The notes: generated by a model from the sequence alone, not told the origin. A stretch of DNA of 35,590 nt from Thermoplasmata archaeon (GCA_007129655.1 SKVC01000063.1:1-35590); one strand, 5' to 3'; counted from the stretch's first letter, positions 1-10,437 are shown. Made by a program: numbers and translations.

Positions 1-2
1 AC

Positions 3-1274
3 TCCTTGACACATCTGGAAAGTGAGATCGAAGAGCTAAAGGATAAACGGCAGGTTGTTTCCGATGAAATAAAAAAGATATCTCCAGAGGAACTTTCGAG
101 AACCCTGAGCAAACTTATGGAGGAAGAAGTCTCTCTGAACAAAAAGATAAACGGATTGACTTCAGATATCACACTGAAAGAGGAAAATAAAAAACGGCTA
201 AAAGATGATATTGTTAACCTTAAAGAAAAACGAAAGGAGCTTAAGGATTCTATAGCAAACTGTCGATCTCAGATAAAGAAAAAGGGGATGAGTATGAAAG
301 ATTATTCGGAGGAATTGAAAGGTTTAGAGAAAAATCTATCCTCCATGGACAGTGAACTACAGGAGCTCAGAGAAAAACGTGATAAGCTATCCGAGGAAAG
401 GATCAATATCAAGGGAGATCTAAAAGGATTAGAGTCCGAATTTGAAGCTAAAAAGATATACATAAGAGGCCAGAAAGATAGCTTAAAGCAAAGACAGGCA
501 AACTTAGAAGAAGTAATAGAAGAGATGGGCGATGATGTAGATCACAGTGGATCGGAATTACCGAGTATGAAAGAATTGAAGAACACTGTTCGAAGATGTG
601 AAGAGAAGATGAATTCTCTTGGTAACGTCAATCTTAGAGCCATAGAAGACCACGGCGAAAAGAAGGAAGAAAAGGATAAACTTCAGGAAGAGTACACCGC
701 CCTGGTTGATAGGCACGATGAACTGAACAAGTTGATCGAGGAACTCGATGATAAGAAGAAGATCGGATTGATGAAAGTTAAAAACGAGATAAATGAGAAT
801 TTCATCGAAGTTTACAAGGATCTTTCCGGAGGCGGGGACGCACACATAGAGCTAGAGAATCCCGATTCACCCTTCGAAGGTGGACTTATAATAAAGGCAA
901 GACCACCGGGAAAAAAGGTACACAGGATACAGGCTCTTTCCGGAGGCGAAAAAGGATTGGTTTCCATGGCATTTATCTTCGCCATACAGAAATACGACCC
1001 ATCCCCGTTCTATCTACTGGACGAAATCGACCAGAATCTTGATGCGGTCAACGCGGAAAAGGTAGCGGGGATGATAAAGGGTAATTCGAAGTCCGCGCAG
1101 TTCATACAGGTATCACTGAGAAAGGTAACACTCAAAAAATCCGACCATATAATCGGTGTAACCATCAACAGTAAAGGTCTATCCGATGTGATAATGATGG
1201 TTGACTTAGGTACTGAAAAGGAAGTCGACCTGCCGGAGTTATCCGGTATGAGTAAATTGGAAACGGAGGCTTAA
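3..1274 (+). CDS. smc: Chromosome segregation protein SMC, C-terminal part (5' end outside window)
   Basis: Long coiled coil, then GNVNLRAIE, ABC signature LSGGEK, Walker B LLDEID and QFIQVSLR. The frame is open to the window edge. Confidence 0.97.
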   Translation, partial: SLTHLESEIEELKDKRQVVSDEIKKISPEELSRTLSKLMEEEVSLNKKINGLTSDITLKEENKKRLKDDIVNLKEKRKELKDSIANCRSQIKKKGMSMKDYSEELKGLEKNLSSMDSELQELREKRDKLSEERINIKGDLKGLESEFEAKKIYIRGQKDSLKQRQANLEEVIEEMGDDVDHSGSELPSMKELKNTVRRCEEKMNSLGNVNLRAIEDHGEKKEEKDKLQEEYTALVDRHDELNKLIEELDDKKKIGLMKVKNEINENFIEVYKDLSGGGDAHIELENPDSPFEGGLIIKARPPGKKVHRIQALSGGEKGLVSMAFIFAIQKYDPSPFYLLDEIDQNLDAVNAEKVAGMIKGNSKSAQFIQVSLRKVTLKKSDHIIGVTINSKGLSDVIMMVDLGTEKEVDLPELSGMSKLETEA

Positions 1275-1277
1275 ATA

Positions 1278-2255
1278 ATGGTTGCAGAGGTACAACAACA
1301 GGCATTCGATACTGAATCAAAAGAAAAGATCGTAGATCATCTCGTGTTCCATAAATCCATAATCGACCATCAGCGTAACGGAGATAGGATAAATGATTAC
1401 ATTCAGATGATCGAAGATGTCGGAGAAAAAGGAACCTACCATATCTCGGAAGACCCGTTCGAATGCGCGATCGCATCTATCTTCAAACTCGTTATCGAAG
1501 AAACCATGGATCCATGGGAGATCGACTTGGTGTCCTTCACAAATATGTATCTGGAAAGAACAAAGTCCAGTGAATCATTTAACTTTATAGTCGCCGGACA
1601 GATAGTGAAGATGGCCTGGTCCATATTGAGGATGCAGTGCGAAAAGGTGCTGGATACCGCAGTTACCAAGGAAGAACAAGAGGAGTGTCTTGAAGACGAC
1701 TTCATCTCCCAGTGGGATATATTCGACTACGATATGTACGAAGAACCGGAAGATATAGATTTTGAAGATAAATTACAGGGCGGTGACCCACCGATAGAAC
1801 GAGTCGTTCGTCGTAAAGACCGTAAGCCCGTAAGTCTTATCAACCTTGTCGACGCCTTCGAAGATGCAAAAAATGAAGCTCTACATAGAGAGAAGATGGA
1901 ACGGCTCAGAGAAGAACGAAGTGAAGAAAGGAAGAAAGCCGAAAAAGAGCGAAAGAAAAATTACGATGCTACGGCGCATAAAGAAGATCTACAACACGAT
2001 ATTTCAGTTATATGGGAACGTATTTGCTGGTACCATCAAAAAAGTTTAGAGTTCGGAATGATACATAACGATAGATTGAACGATCTCATTACGGCATTTA
2101 TATCCATACTATTTCTGCACAGAGATAGTAAGATAAAGGTAACTCAAACAAACTTCCCTTTAGGACAGATCATGCTCGAGAATCTAACACCGGAAAATGA
2201 GAGACCTAAGGTAGAAAAGGATCCGCAGGTACTTGAAAACATTGTAACCATTTAA
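1278..2255 (+). CDS. scpA: Kleisin / segregation and condensation protein A
   Basis: MDPWEIDLVSFT..YL N-terminal kleisin motif, FISILFL..KIKVTQ..FPLGQI C-terminal winged helix. Starts 3 bp after smc. Confidence 0.9.
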   Translation: MVAEVQQQAFDTESKEKIVDHLVFHKSIIDHQRNGDRINDYIQMIEDVGEKGTYHISEDPFECAIASIFKLVIEETMDPWEIDLVSFTNMYLERTKSSESFNFIVAGQIVKMAWSILRMQCEKVLDTAVTKEEQEECLEDDFISQWDIFDYDMYEEPEDIDFEDKLQGGDPPIERVVRRKDRKPVSLINLVDAFEDAKNEALHREKMERLREERSEERKKAEKERKKNYDATAHKEDLQHDISVIWERICWYHQKSLEFGMIHNDRLNDLITAFISILFLHRDSKIKVTQTNFPLGQIMLENLTPENERPKVEKDPQVLENIVTI

Positions 2256-4009
2256 GCGTAATAGTATTCTCCGGAGGCCTTTTGCTCACGATCCAATCTT
2301 GAATCAATTTTGTTAACTCGGGGTCTTTTTGTATCCTGATCCCTTCTAAAGGTAATACCCACTTCTTTGAGGAAGCTGTTCATGCCTTCTCGCATCTCGT
2401 AAGGTCCGCATCCCTTACCGCTGATTCCGGGTATACCTGTAAAATTCATGATCATATCCGACACGTAGTCGATGAAGTAAACGTCGTGGTCTACTATCAA
2501 ACCGGCTTTCTGGCTTTTTTCCATGAACCTTCTTATGGCACGGGCGGTCTCCATGCGAGTATTGGAATCCAGGTATGCACTGGGTTCATCGATCAGATAT
2601 AGTTCGGCTTCCCTACCCAAGGCTAAAGCCGTTACCACACGCTGAAGCTCTCCGCCACTGAGATTGGATAGTTCTCTTTCGAAAAGAGGTTCCAGTTCGA
2701 GTGGCTTGACTATCTCGGACTGGAAGAGATTACTCTCGAAGGTGTCGTATATCTGTGTGTGAAATAAGTCCATTACTCGTCCTTTGTATTCTGGTTTAAT
2801 GTACTGAGGTTTATAGCTGACAGATATGTTTGATTCTATCTTTCCTTCCGTAGGTTCTATGACTCCGGCCAGCATCTTAACGAAGGTAGTTTTACCGGTG
2901 GCATTGGGGCCGACTATTCCAACTACTTCTCCCCTGGGTACTATTCCCGGTTCGGTTTCGAGCCTAAAGTTGTCCCATTCCTTGATCAAATTACCGTATT
3001 CTATCAATGGTTCAGTATGCCAATTTTTATTTGGAGCATGCCTTTCGAATTTTATCTCAGTGCTTCTGAAGCGTATGTTCTCTTCGTCCAAAAATCCACT
3101 GAGGAAGCTGTTGATACCCCTGCGTATTCCCTTTGGGTGTGTGACTACGCCGTAGGCACCTACGGAACCATAAAGTAGATGTACGGTATCCGCCAAGATA
3201 TCAAGGACCGCAAGGTCGTGTTCTATCACCATTATCTGGCTTTCCTTGCTTTTTTCTTTCATCACCTTAGCTACGTTCAATCTTTGCTTTATATCTAGAT
3301 AAGAAGAAGGTTCATCATAAAAGTAAACGTCTGCTTCTTTAGTCGAAGCAGCAGCGATGGCAACTCTCTGGAGCTCTCCTCCGGATAAGTTGGTGATGGG
3401 TGCATCCAAAGTGTTTACGATCTCGAGTTTTTCCACCCAATTCATGTAATCGTCACCTACCCGTGATAAGAGGTCTTCCACCTTTCCACGGTAATGAGCA
3501 GGTATCTTATCTACGTACTGTGGTTTTACAGAAGTTGTTAACTGCTCGTCAGCCAGTTTTTCGAAATAATTAACCATAGCTGTTCCGGAATAGTGCTCTA
3601 GTACCGCTTCCCAGGATGGATCTTTTTCGTAGGCTCCGAGATTCGGTATTATCTCTCCGGACATGATACGTATGGCGGTGGTCTTCCCGATACCGTTTGC
3701 TCCCAGTAGCCCTACAACGCTTCCCGATTGTGGGATCGGAAGACGGTATATACGAAAGGAGTTTTCACTGAACTGGTGTACCAGTTCGGTTTCCAGCTCT
3801 TCGGGTAGATTGATTATCTTGATGGCATCGTAAGGACATTTAACTACGCATATGCCACAACCTGCACAGAGAGGTTCGGAGATACGTACTCCTTTGTCGG
3901 TTTTTACTATGGTTTCGTCGCCGGTTCTTACCTTGGGGCAGTACTTTATGCATTCGTAGTTGCATCGGTCGTAACTACATCTATCCTCAAGAACAACTGC
4001 TATTCTCAT
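2252..4009 (-). CDS. rli: ABCE1/RLI ribosome recycling ATPase
   Basis: N-terminal Fe-S cysteines (CxxxxCxxxCxxxCP, CAGCGICVVKCP), two NBDs (GANGIGKT, GPNATGKT, LSGGELQR twice), C-terminal RPRVNK..GEYYY. Confidence 0.97.
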   Translation of the reverse strand: MRIAVVLEDRCSYDRCNYECIKYCPKVRTGDETIVKTDKGVRISEPLCAGCGICVVKCPYDAIKIINLPEELETELVHQFSENSFRIYRLPIPQSGSVVGLLGANGIGKTTAIRIMSGEIIPNLGAYEKDPSWEAVLEHYSGTAMVNYFEKLADEQLTTSVKPQYVDKIPAHYRGKVEDLLSRVGDDYMNWVEKLEIVNTLDAPITNLSGGELQRVAIAAASTKEADVYFYDEPSSYLDIKQRLNVAKVMKEKSKESQIMVIEHDLAVLDILADTVHLLYGSVGAYGVVTHPKGIRRGINSFLSGFLDEENIRFRSTEIKFERHAPNKNWHTEPLIEYGNLIKEWDNFRLETEPGIVPRGEVVGIVGPNATGKTTFVKMLAGVIEPTEGKIESNISVSYKPQYIKPEYKGRVMDLFHTQIYDTFESNLFQSEIVKPLELEPLFERELSNLSGGELQRVVTALALGREAELYLIDEPSAYLDSNTRMETARAIRRFMEKSQKAGLIVDHDVYFIDYVSDMIMNFTGIPGISGKGCGPYEMREGMNSFLKEVGITFRRDQDTKRPRVNKIDSRLDREQKASGEYYYA

Positions 4010-4099
4010 TTAATGCCCATAATATGTGGTGATATATGAGGTTGGCGGAAGATAGATGACGATAATGTTTAAATACTTTCCACAAAATCAATCCTATAG

Positions 4100-4615
4100 A
4101 TGTTTCTTGTGCCCTTCGAGCTTAGTAGCACTACCGTGGTACCTTTTCTGGTGATGATAATAGGATTATTGATAATCATATTTTATCTGCTGTATCGATA
4201 CGAGGGTTCCGGTAAAAAGCGTAAACATCTTAAGGTTAGGGAAAGTGAAAGACAGCCTGATTTCGAATGCCCTCGCTGCGGTGCACACGTGGATGCTGAA
4301 ACACCGGTTTGTTTAGAATGTGGTGCAGAATTCGAGGATGAGGTATATTCTTGTCCTGTGTGCGGTACCGGTGTCTCTACACACGATGAGAGCTGTTCTG
4401 AGTGTGAAGAAGTATTTGTGGTTACCGAGAGAGATTTCGAATGTCCCACATGCCGTGCTCCGGTGGATAAACACGATAAAGAATGTAAAAAATGCGGGGC
4501 ATCATTCTGGAGTCCAGTAAAGAGATCCTCAGATTACGACCCTAAAAAGGAAGAAAAGAAAAGCAGTAGGATCGATCCGTCACAGATCGAGATAGTCGGG
4601 GACGAAGATAACTAG
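4100..4615 (+). CDS. Membrane-anchored protein with three double zinc-ribbon repeats
   Basis: N-terminal hydrophobic helix, then CPRC..CLEC, CPVC..CSEC and CPTC..CKKC. Confidence 0.8.
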   Translation: MFLVPFELSSTTVVPFLVMIIGLLIIIFYLLYRYEGSGKKRKHLKVRESERQPDFECPRCGAHVDAETPVCLECGAEFEDEVYSCPVCGTGVSTHDESCSECEEVFVVTERDFECPTCRAPVDKHDKECKKCGASFWSPVKRSSDYDPKKEEKKSSRIDPSQIEIVGDEDN

Positions 4616-6522
4616 ATCGAAAATCCATCTCTGGTTCTTGCTGCGAGGCCTTTTTTAAAGTGTAACATCTCCATTGAGTTCATGGTGCTTCTTGCTGTAG
4701 CCACCAGGTTATCGTCTTTATCTACAACCAGAGCTTCATCTCCCGGACGTATATCCTCCCATGCCTGGTTTATAAAACCGGCGAATACGTTCTTTCCTTC
4801 TCGATTATAGGTTGCACTGTCATCTGTTACGCATATCCGTAATACGGGATGTTCCGTTAGTCTATGTGATATCAAGGCCCCTTCAGGTTTTAGTGTGAAC
4901 AAGCCGTCATAATGACGCATAGAGAGTATGTGTTTTCCATCTAAAAGCACGTTTTTGATACTTCCCATACGGTTGGTTTTGAATTCCAGGACTCCATCTG
5001 AAAATATCTGCCCTGCTCCGGAAAAGAATTGGTAATCCGAAATTGTTCGGACCTTCATCTCGTGGAGTTTCATACCGGTGCCCTTGCTCAACGATTCCAG
5101 TGTTTCCTCACCATCCCAAGTGATGATCTCCTCCCGATGCGAACAATGTTGTGATCCATCATAGGTAAAATGCGGAAATAACGATTGGGCGATGGGGTAA
5201 ACTTCATCCATCTCCAAGGGAACTGGTCCGAAGGGTGTGGAAACCAGCAGGTTTACCGGATAGTCCGGAAGCAGCATACTCAATTCTCTGGTAAGATAAC
5301 GGTGATACGGTTTTTTGTCAGGTTTGATATCGAATAAAAGTGTAGGGCCATCAACCGGAGGCTTGTAGGATTCATGTATCCATCGTTGTATCCTTTCCAC
5401 CGTAGGTCTGTGCAGTGTACTTGTACCGGTGTAATAAAGCGCTCCTCTGCGGCTACGTGGTTCGTATCTCTCAAGTATGTTCCAGCCCTTAGATAGTGCT
5501 CGCAGTGATTCATGTATTTGAGGATGAACCCTTGCTCGGACCTCCACCATCTCCCATAGAGATTCTTCCATTATAGCCTGTTTGATCCTGTCTATTTCGT
5601 TATAGCTTATCCAGAGATTGTGTTCCGCGATCTTACGAACCCTTTCTTCACTTTCACGGAGCTCTTTGGCTGTATGAGACTGGCAGACGGGACATAGGCA
5701 TCCCAGATGTTCGATATTTGCGATGTTACGTGTGCCCTCGGGGTACATCATATCGCCACGACGGGCGTACTTAGCATAGGAGCTAGAGTCGAACAGATCG
5801 CAGCCCAGTAGTACCGCGATAGGATACACCATGGGATGTCCGGCACCGAAGAGGTGTACTGGGCCTGCCGGACCGAGACCGCGTTTGGATGCTAAGATGA
5901 TCTCGATCAAGTCTTTGTAACGGTAGTTCTCCAGTAAAGGTACAACGCCGCCGATGGGGTAAAAGGTTCCGTTTAATTTAGAGAGTCGAGCGGCACAATC
6001 CTCTCTGATATCCGGGAATACGCCGCCCTGGATCGGAAGGGCTATGTGACTATCGGTTTCAGAGTATTTACTCAATGCTTGTCGGGCACGTTCAACAGTG
6101 GTACCTACTTTTCTTTCAACTAATTCCCTGCCATCAGTGGGTTCTGTGAACATATCCAGTATTGTGCAGATATCGGAACCGATGCTCATCTGAAAGTCGA
6201 TGATGGTTTCCGGTTCTATATCTATATCTCCGTAAACGTGGGCCTGGAATGTACCGGAGTCCGTCATTATCGTTCCGGGAAAATCAAGTAGCTCGTGTAA
6301 TCCGTCTTGAAGAGCACGCTCTTTTAAATCGGGGCTCTTGAAGATGATATATGAATTGGTGATCAATATCTGTGAGCCGAATTTTTTCTTCAATTCTCTT
6401 GGAGAAATGAATTTTACATTGGGATTGATAACAGGCATTATGTTAGGAGTTTCTACGATACCGTGTGGTGTGGTGAACTCTCCTATTCGAGACATCCCAT
6501 CCCGATGTTTGAGCTCGAACAT
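4612..6522 (-). CDS. tgtA: Archaeosine tRNA-guanine(15) transglycosylase
   Basis: TPHG.VETP..MPVINP, MTDSGTFQ, HLFGAGHP, DLFDSSSY, CLCPVC zinc site and C-terminal PUA domain. Confidence 0.96.
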   Translation of the reverse strand: MFELKHRDGMSRIGEFTTPHGIVETPNIMPVINPNVKFISPRELKKKFGSQILITNSYIIFKSPDLKERALQDGLHELLDFPGTIMTDSGTFQAHVYGDIDIEPETIIDFQMSIGSDICTILDMFTEPTDGRELVERKVGTTVERARQALSKYSETDSHIALPIQGGVFPDIREDCAARLSKLNGTFYPIGGVVPLLENYRYKDLIEIILASKRGLGPAGPVHLFGAGHPMVYPIAVLLGCDLFDSSSYAKYARRGDMMYPEGTRNIANIEHLGCLCPVCQSHTAKELRESEERVRKIAEHNLWISYNEIDRIKQAIMEESLWEMVEVRARVHPQIHESLRALSKGWNILERYEPRSRRGALYYTGTSTLHRPTVERIQRWIHESYKPPVDGPTLLFDIKPDKKPYHRYLTRELSMLLPDYPVNLLVSTPFGPVPLEMDEVYPIAQSLFPHFTYDGSQHCSHREEIITWDGEETLESLSKGTGMKLHEMKVRTISDYQFFSGAGQIFSDGVLEFKTNRMGSIKNVLLDGKHILSMRHYDGLFTLKPEGALISHRLTEHPVLRICVTDDSATYNREGKNVFAGFINQAWEDIRPGDEALVVDKDDNLVATARSTMNSMEMLHFKKGLAARTRDGFSI

Positions 6523-6529
6523 GTGCCGA

Positions 6530-7684
6530 CTACTCCTCCCATAGAGGAGACATCATCCTGAGATTATTAACGATCTCAGGGATAATTTCAAGGGTTTTAT
6601 CTATCTCTTCAACGGTATTGAACTTACACAGGGTTAATCGGACCGAGCTATGGGCTTCAACTTCACCGCAACCGGTAGCCATCAGCGTCCTGGACGGTTT
6701 AAGCTCTGTAGAAGAGCAAGCCGAACCGGTTGATGCGGCTATTCCTTTTCCATCCAGATGTAAAACAAAGGATTCGCCTTCCACGGCATCGAAGGAAAAA
6801 TTAGCATTGTTCGGCAATCTCTTGGTCGGATGGCCGTTGAGTTTTACTTTGTCGATGTTTTCAGTTATATTGGATATCAACCTATCTCTCAATCCCTTCA
6901 TATGGGATATATCGCCGGCCATCTCCGTTCGTAGGAGTTCACATGCTTTACCTAAGCCGATTATACCCGGTACGTTCTCCGTACCGGAGCGGATACCTCT
7001 TTCATGTCCTCCTCCGTGTAATATCGGCGCTAGTTTTACGTCATTAGAAACGTAGAGCGCGCCCACTCCTTTAGGGGCATGGATTTTGTGGCCGGAGAGT
7101 GAAAGCATATCGATACCGATTTTATGTACGTCTATGTCCATCTTGCCGACCGCCTGTACCGCATCGGTATGGAATAAAACATCATGATCGTGAGCTATGG
7201 CAGCGAGCTCTTTCACCGGCTCTATCGTTCCGATCTCGTTGCTAGCATATATGACAGAAGCGAGAACTGTGTCTTCTTTTATTTCGTTCTCAAAATCAGT
7301 TGGATCCACCATGCCGAATTCGTCCACCGGTAGATAGGTGACTTCGTACCCATGTTTTTCTAGATATTTGCAGGTATTATATATTGCCGGATGTTCTATC
7401 GTTGTTGTTATAATATGTTTGCCTTCATTCTTTTCTAAAATACCCTTGATGGCCAGATTATCCGATTCCGTGCCTCCGGAAGTGAATATTATCTCGTCTT
7501 CTTTGGCTCCAATTAAAGCGGCGATCTTAACTCTGGCCTCATCTACCGCATGTGCACTGTCACGTCCCATCTTGTGAAGACTCGACGGATTTCCATAGCA
7601 TTCCGAAAGAAAATCTTCGACGACTTTTTTCACACGTGGGTCGACCTTGGTGGTCGCTGCATTATCTAGATATATGTATTCCAT
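6530..7684 (-). CDS. iscS: Cysteine desulfurase, group I (IscS/NifS)
   Basis: IYLDNAATT, GNPSSLH, FTSGGTES, HTDAVQ, SGHKIH PLP lysine and STGSACSS catalytic Cys. Confidence 0.95.
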   Translation of the reverse strand: MEYIYLDNAATTKVDPRVKKVVEDFLSECYGNPSSLHKMGRDSAHAVDEARVKIAALIGAKEDEIIFTSGGTESDNLAIKGILEKNEGKHIITTTIEHPAIYNTCKYLEKHGYEVTYLPVDEFGMVDPTDFENEIKEDTVLASVIYASNEIGTIEPVKELAAIAHDHDVLFHTDAVQAVGKMDIDVHKIGIDMLSLSGHKIHAPKGVGALYVSNDVKLAPILHGGGHERGIRSGTENVPGIIGLGKACELLRTEMAGDISHMKGLRDRLISNITENIDKVKLNGHPTKRLPNNANFSFDAVEGESFVLHLDGKGIAASTGSACSSTELKPSRTLMATGCGEVEAHSSVRLTLCKFNTVEEIDKTLEIIPEIVNNLRMMSPLWEE

Positions 7685-7791
7685 GAGACTATCTCCGGTT
7701 CAACTATATAAAAAGAATCAGGTAAAAAGTTTCTGGTAGATATAAACATTATATACCACCCCTCGCATAGAGAATAAAAAGGGGCTGTTCC

Positions 7792-8199
7792 ATGAGACGA
7801 TACGAACTGGTAAAGATAAAGGAAACCGGTATCCTTGAGATACCCGATGACTTCGCCTATGACATAGGCCTTGTTGAAGGATCATACTTCCTGGTAGAGA
7901 TAAATCCGGATATAAAGGAGGCGAATATAGAGAGAGTGGCACTCCCGGGAAAGGATCTTTACGAACTGGAGATAACGGCAGAAGATAAACCGGGAGTTCT
8001 TTCAAAGATAAACGGTATCTTAGGAAAGCACAGAGTGAACATTGCATTCAGCGAGGGAGAAGAGATCAAAGGCACCGGCGTTGCCGCTATAGTAACCATT
8101 ATCGATGTTAGCAAGATGGAAGGTGATATTGAATCTCTGGAATCTGCAATAACAAAGATCAAAGAAGTTAGAGAAGTATACTTAAAAAGTATAAAGTAA
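7792..8199 (+). CDS. ACT-domain regulatory protein with N-terminal AbrB-like region
   Basis: EDKPGVLSKI..ILGKHRVNI ACT signature. N-terminal GILEIPDD...IGL resembles a swapped hairpin. Confidence 0.75.
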   Translation: MRRYELVKIKETGILEIPDDFAYDIGLVEGSYFLVEINPDIKEANIERVALPGKDLYELEITAEDKPGVLSKINGILGKHRVNIAFSEGEEIKGTGVAAIVTIIDVSKMEGDIESLESAITKIKEVREVYLKSIK

Positions 8200-9714
8200 A
8201 AAAACAACTAAGAATCCAAAATACACCATGAAATAAAAGTTATTGGTAGTTGGAAGGTCTTTAAAGCGTTCTCCGAGTTTTTCGATCCCGGTATATTCCA
8301 GCATATTCATCGATAAGAACAAAAAGAACAATGCTCCAGCGGCTCCCAGAAGTAATATATCGACTAAAACTAAAGTGGGATAAAGATAGATACCCAATGC
8401 TATGGAAAGGGCTGCAGGTATAGCGGATATGAATGAACGAGGAGTAACCCGTGTATCAAGTTGTTTATCGTATCCACCATGCCATAACAAATAGTTCATC
8501 TTAAACATTATCAATAGGGCTAAAACGAAGGCGGATTGAAAGAGGAATGCTTCCATTCTACTCAGGCCTATTAGAAGCTCGTTTTTAGCATAAGCGTTCA
8601 AAGACGGAGACATACTACCCAAGGCAAAAGAAAGCATGATCACAGATATGAATATCAGCATATGATGTCGATAAGTTAGATCTCTTATGTTCCTGGTTTT
8701 CTGTTGGTCGGAGATGGTTCCGGTGGTCAAAAATAAACCAACGGTAACTATAGCGTGTGCGAAAACGTAGTATGTCACTCCCATGAAATTCTCCGTCGCT
8801 ATCCCAACCAGTACTATTCCCATGAGTCCGATAGAAGCATAGGCAAGTAGACGCCATACGTCGTTTTGGAACATGGCCATGATAAAACCGAAAAATATGC
8901 TTGCAAAGGCGACTATCATCAGTAATTGGGATAGATGATTCATGGGTAAATAGATGGTGAATAATAGCATGGCATATATCGGTGCCCTCCTCGTCATACC
9001 GGCGAGAAGGGCGCATATGGGAGTATCTGATTCCGAATATACGTCCGGTAACCAGAAATGTAGAGGGAATATACCTGTTTTCAATATCATCGCGGTGAAG
9101 GCCAGGGCGATAGCTATGTCGATCTCACGAGAGCGGGTGATGTTTTCCCGTATCAATTCAAAATTCAGAGAGCCGGTGTTCGCGTAGATTATACCTATTG
9201 ATAGTAGAAATAGATAAGAAGCTATTATCGAGAATATCAAGTATCTGAAAGCTGCTTTCTGGGCCCTTTCACCGCCGGAAAAAGCAACTAAAGCAAAGGC
9301 CGATGCGGAAGCGAGCTCCATCAGAACGAATATATTGAAAAGGTCTTTGCTCAGGAAAACTCCCATCATACCGGCATGCATGATCAGTATCAAACCAAAG
9401 AATTTGTTTTTTCTAGGTTCATCTTGGTAATAAAAGAGAGAATAGAAACCGACTATTCCGAAAACTATGAGCTCTGCTACTAAGAAATATCTGCTATAGT
9501 TGTCCAATCCGATAGCTATGCCGGAGATAGGCTGCCATCCCCCTACGACCATATCTATATCTACGGGTGTACTGTGAAAGATGAATATAAGAGCCGGAGA
9601 AAGTATACCTGCCATGAAGAGTATGTTGGTCAAATGTTTGTGATCGTTTATGAGGCTTGTTAACAATAAAACCATAGCGAAGAATAGTGCCAGTACAACC
9701 ATCATAACTAACAT
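8182..9714 (-). CDS. mnhD: Mrp/Mnh antiporter subunit D (MbhH/NuoN-like)
   Basis: Multi-TM; DLFNIFVLMEL, AAFRYL, TGSLNF, LKTGIFPLHFWLPD and RLLAYAS. Confidence 0.9.
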   Translation of the reverse strand: MLVMMVVLALFFAMVLLLTSLINDHKHLTNILFMAGILSPALIFIFHSTPVDIDMVVGGWQPISGIAIGLDNYSRYFLVAELIVFGIVGFYSLFYYQDEPRKNKFFGLILIMHAGMMGVFLSKDLFNIFVLMELASASAFALVAFSGGERAQKAAFRYLIFSIIASYLFLLSIGIIYANTGSLNFELIRENITRSREIDIAIALAFTAMILKTGIFPLHFWLPDVYSESDTPICALLAGMTRRAPIYAMLLFTIYLPMNHLSQLLMIVAFASIFFGFIMAMFQNDVWRLLAYASIGLMGIVLVGIATENFMGVTYYVFAHAIVTVGLFLTTGTISDQQKTRNIRDLTYRHHMLIFISVIMLSFALGSMSPSLNAYAKNELLIGLSRMEAFLFQSAFVLALLIMFKMNYLLWHGGYDKQLDTRVTPRSFISAIPAALSIALGIYLYPTLVLVDILLLGAAGALFFLFLSMNMLEYTGIEKLGERFKDLPTTNNFYFMVYFGFLVVFLLYTF

Positions 9715-10022
9715 TCAACCATTGCCTCCAGCTGCTTCTCTCGTTTCATCTTGATGATCATGGCCAAACCAAGAGAAGTGATCGCTACATCTACTACTAA
9801 AGTGGTTATCATAAGTGCCGCCGGTAGAGGGTCAACCGCGGTTTCTACAGGATATATCGGGTATCCGCCTCCTTCTACATAACCGATACCAACGAAGAAT
9901 AGGACAAGACCGACGGAAAGTATGTTGACTGAAATAAGCTGTTTGATGAGATTCTTCTTCACCATAAGGCCGTACATGCCTATGAGCATTATCAGTATCC
10001 CTACATTGGTAGCGTTCAGCAT
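9708..10022 (-). CDS. mnhC: Mrp/Mnh antiporter subunit C
   Basis: KKNLIKQLI and VDPLPAALMITTLVV motifs. Confidence 0.92.
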   Translation of the reverse strand: MLNATNVGILIMLIGMYGLMVKKNLIKQLISVNILSVGLVLFFVGIGYVEGGGYPIYPVETAVDPLPAALMITTLVVDVAITSLGLAMIIKMKREKQLEAMVEC

Positions 10023-10023
10023 T

Positions 10024-10437
10024 TCAAAACCACCTCAATAATGCGTAGTAAATAACCATGAAACCGGCTCCGACCTTAAGACCGACAAAGATGTTGAATA
10101 AGGGGATCATACCTCCGCTTATTGGAAGGCCGAAGGTTCCCCTGTGTAAAAAATTGTAGAACATGGCTCCGAAAACAAGTCCGATGGATACCATGATAAG
10201 TATGCTTATGGCCATAATGTTTTCGATCATTTTGAACCAGGTCTCGTTTACCTTCTCTTCCAGATTTTTTGAGCCATGGGCTGTCATGAGTAAGATGATG
10301 CTCACTGCGAGAATAACTCCAGCCTGGAAGCCTCCACCGGGAGTTAGGTGTCCGTAGAGCATTATGTAAATTGAATAAGTTACTAGAAAGGGGCTAACCA
10401 TCTTGGTGGTGGTCCTGACGATGTTGCTCATCATCAT
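10024..10437 (-). CDS. mnhB: Mrp/Mnh antiporter subunit B
   Basis: GHLTPGGGFQAG and VGLKV motifs. Confidence 0.92.
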   Translation of the reverse strand: MMMSNIVRTTTKMVSPFLVTYSIYIMLYGHLTPGGGFQAGVILAVSIILLMTAHGSKNLEEKVNETWFKMIENIMAISILIMVSIGLVFGAMFYNFLHRGTFGLPISGGMIPLFNIFVGLKVGAGFMVIYYALLRWF

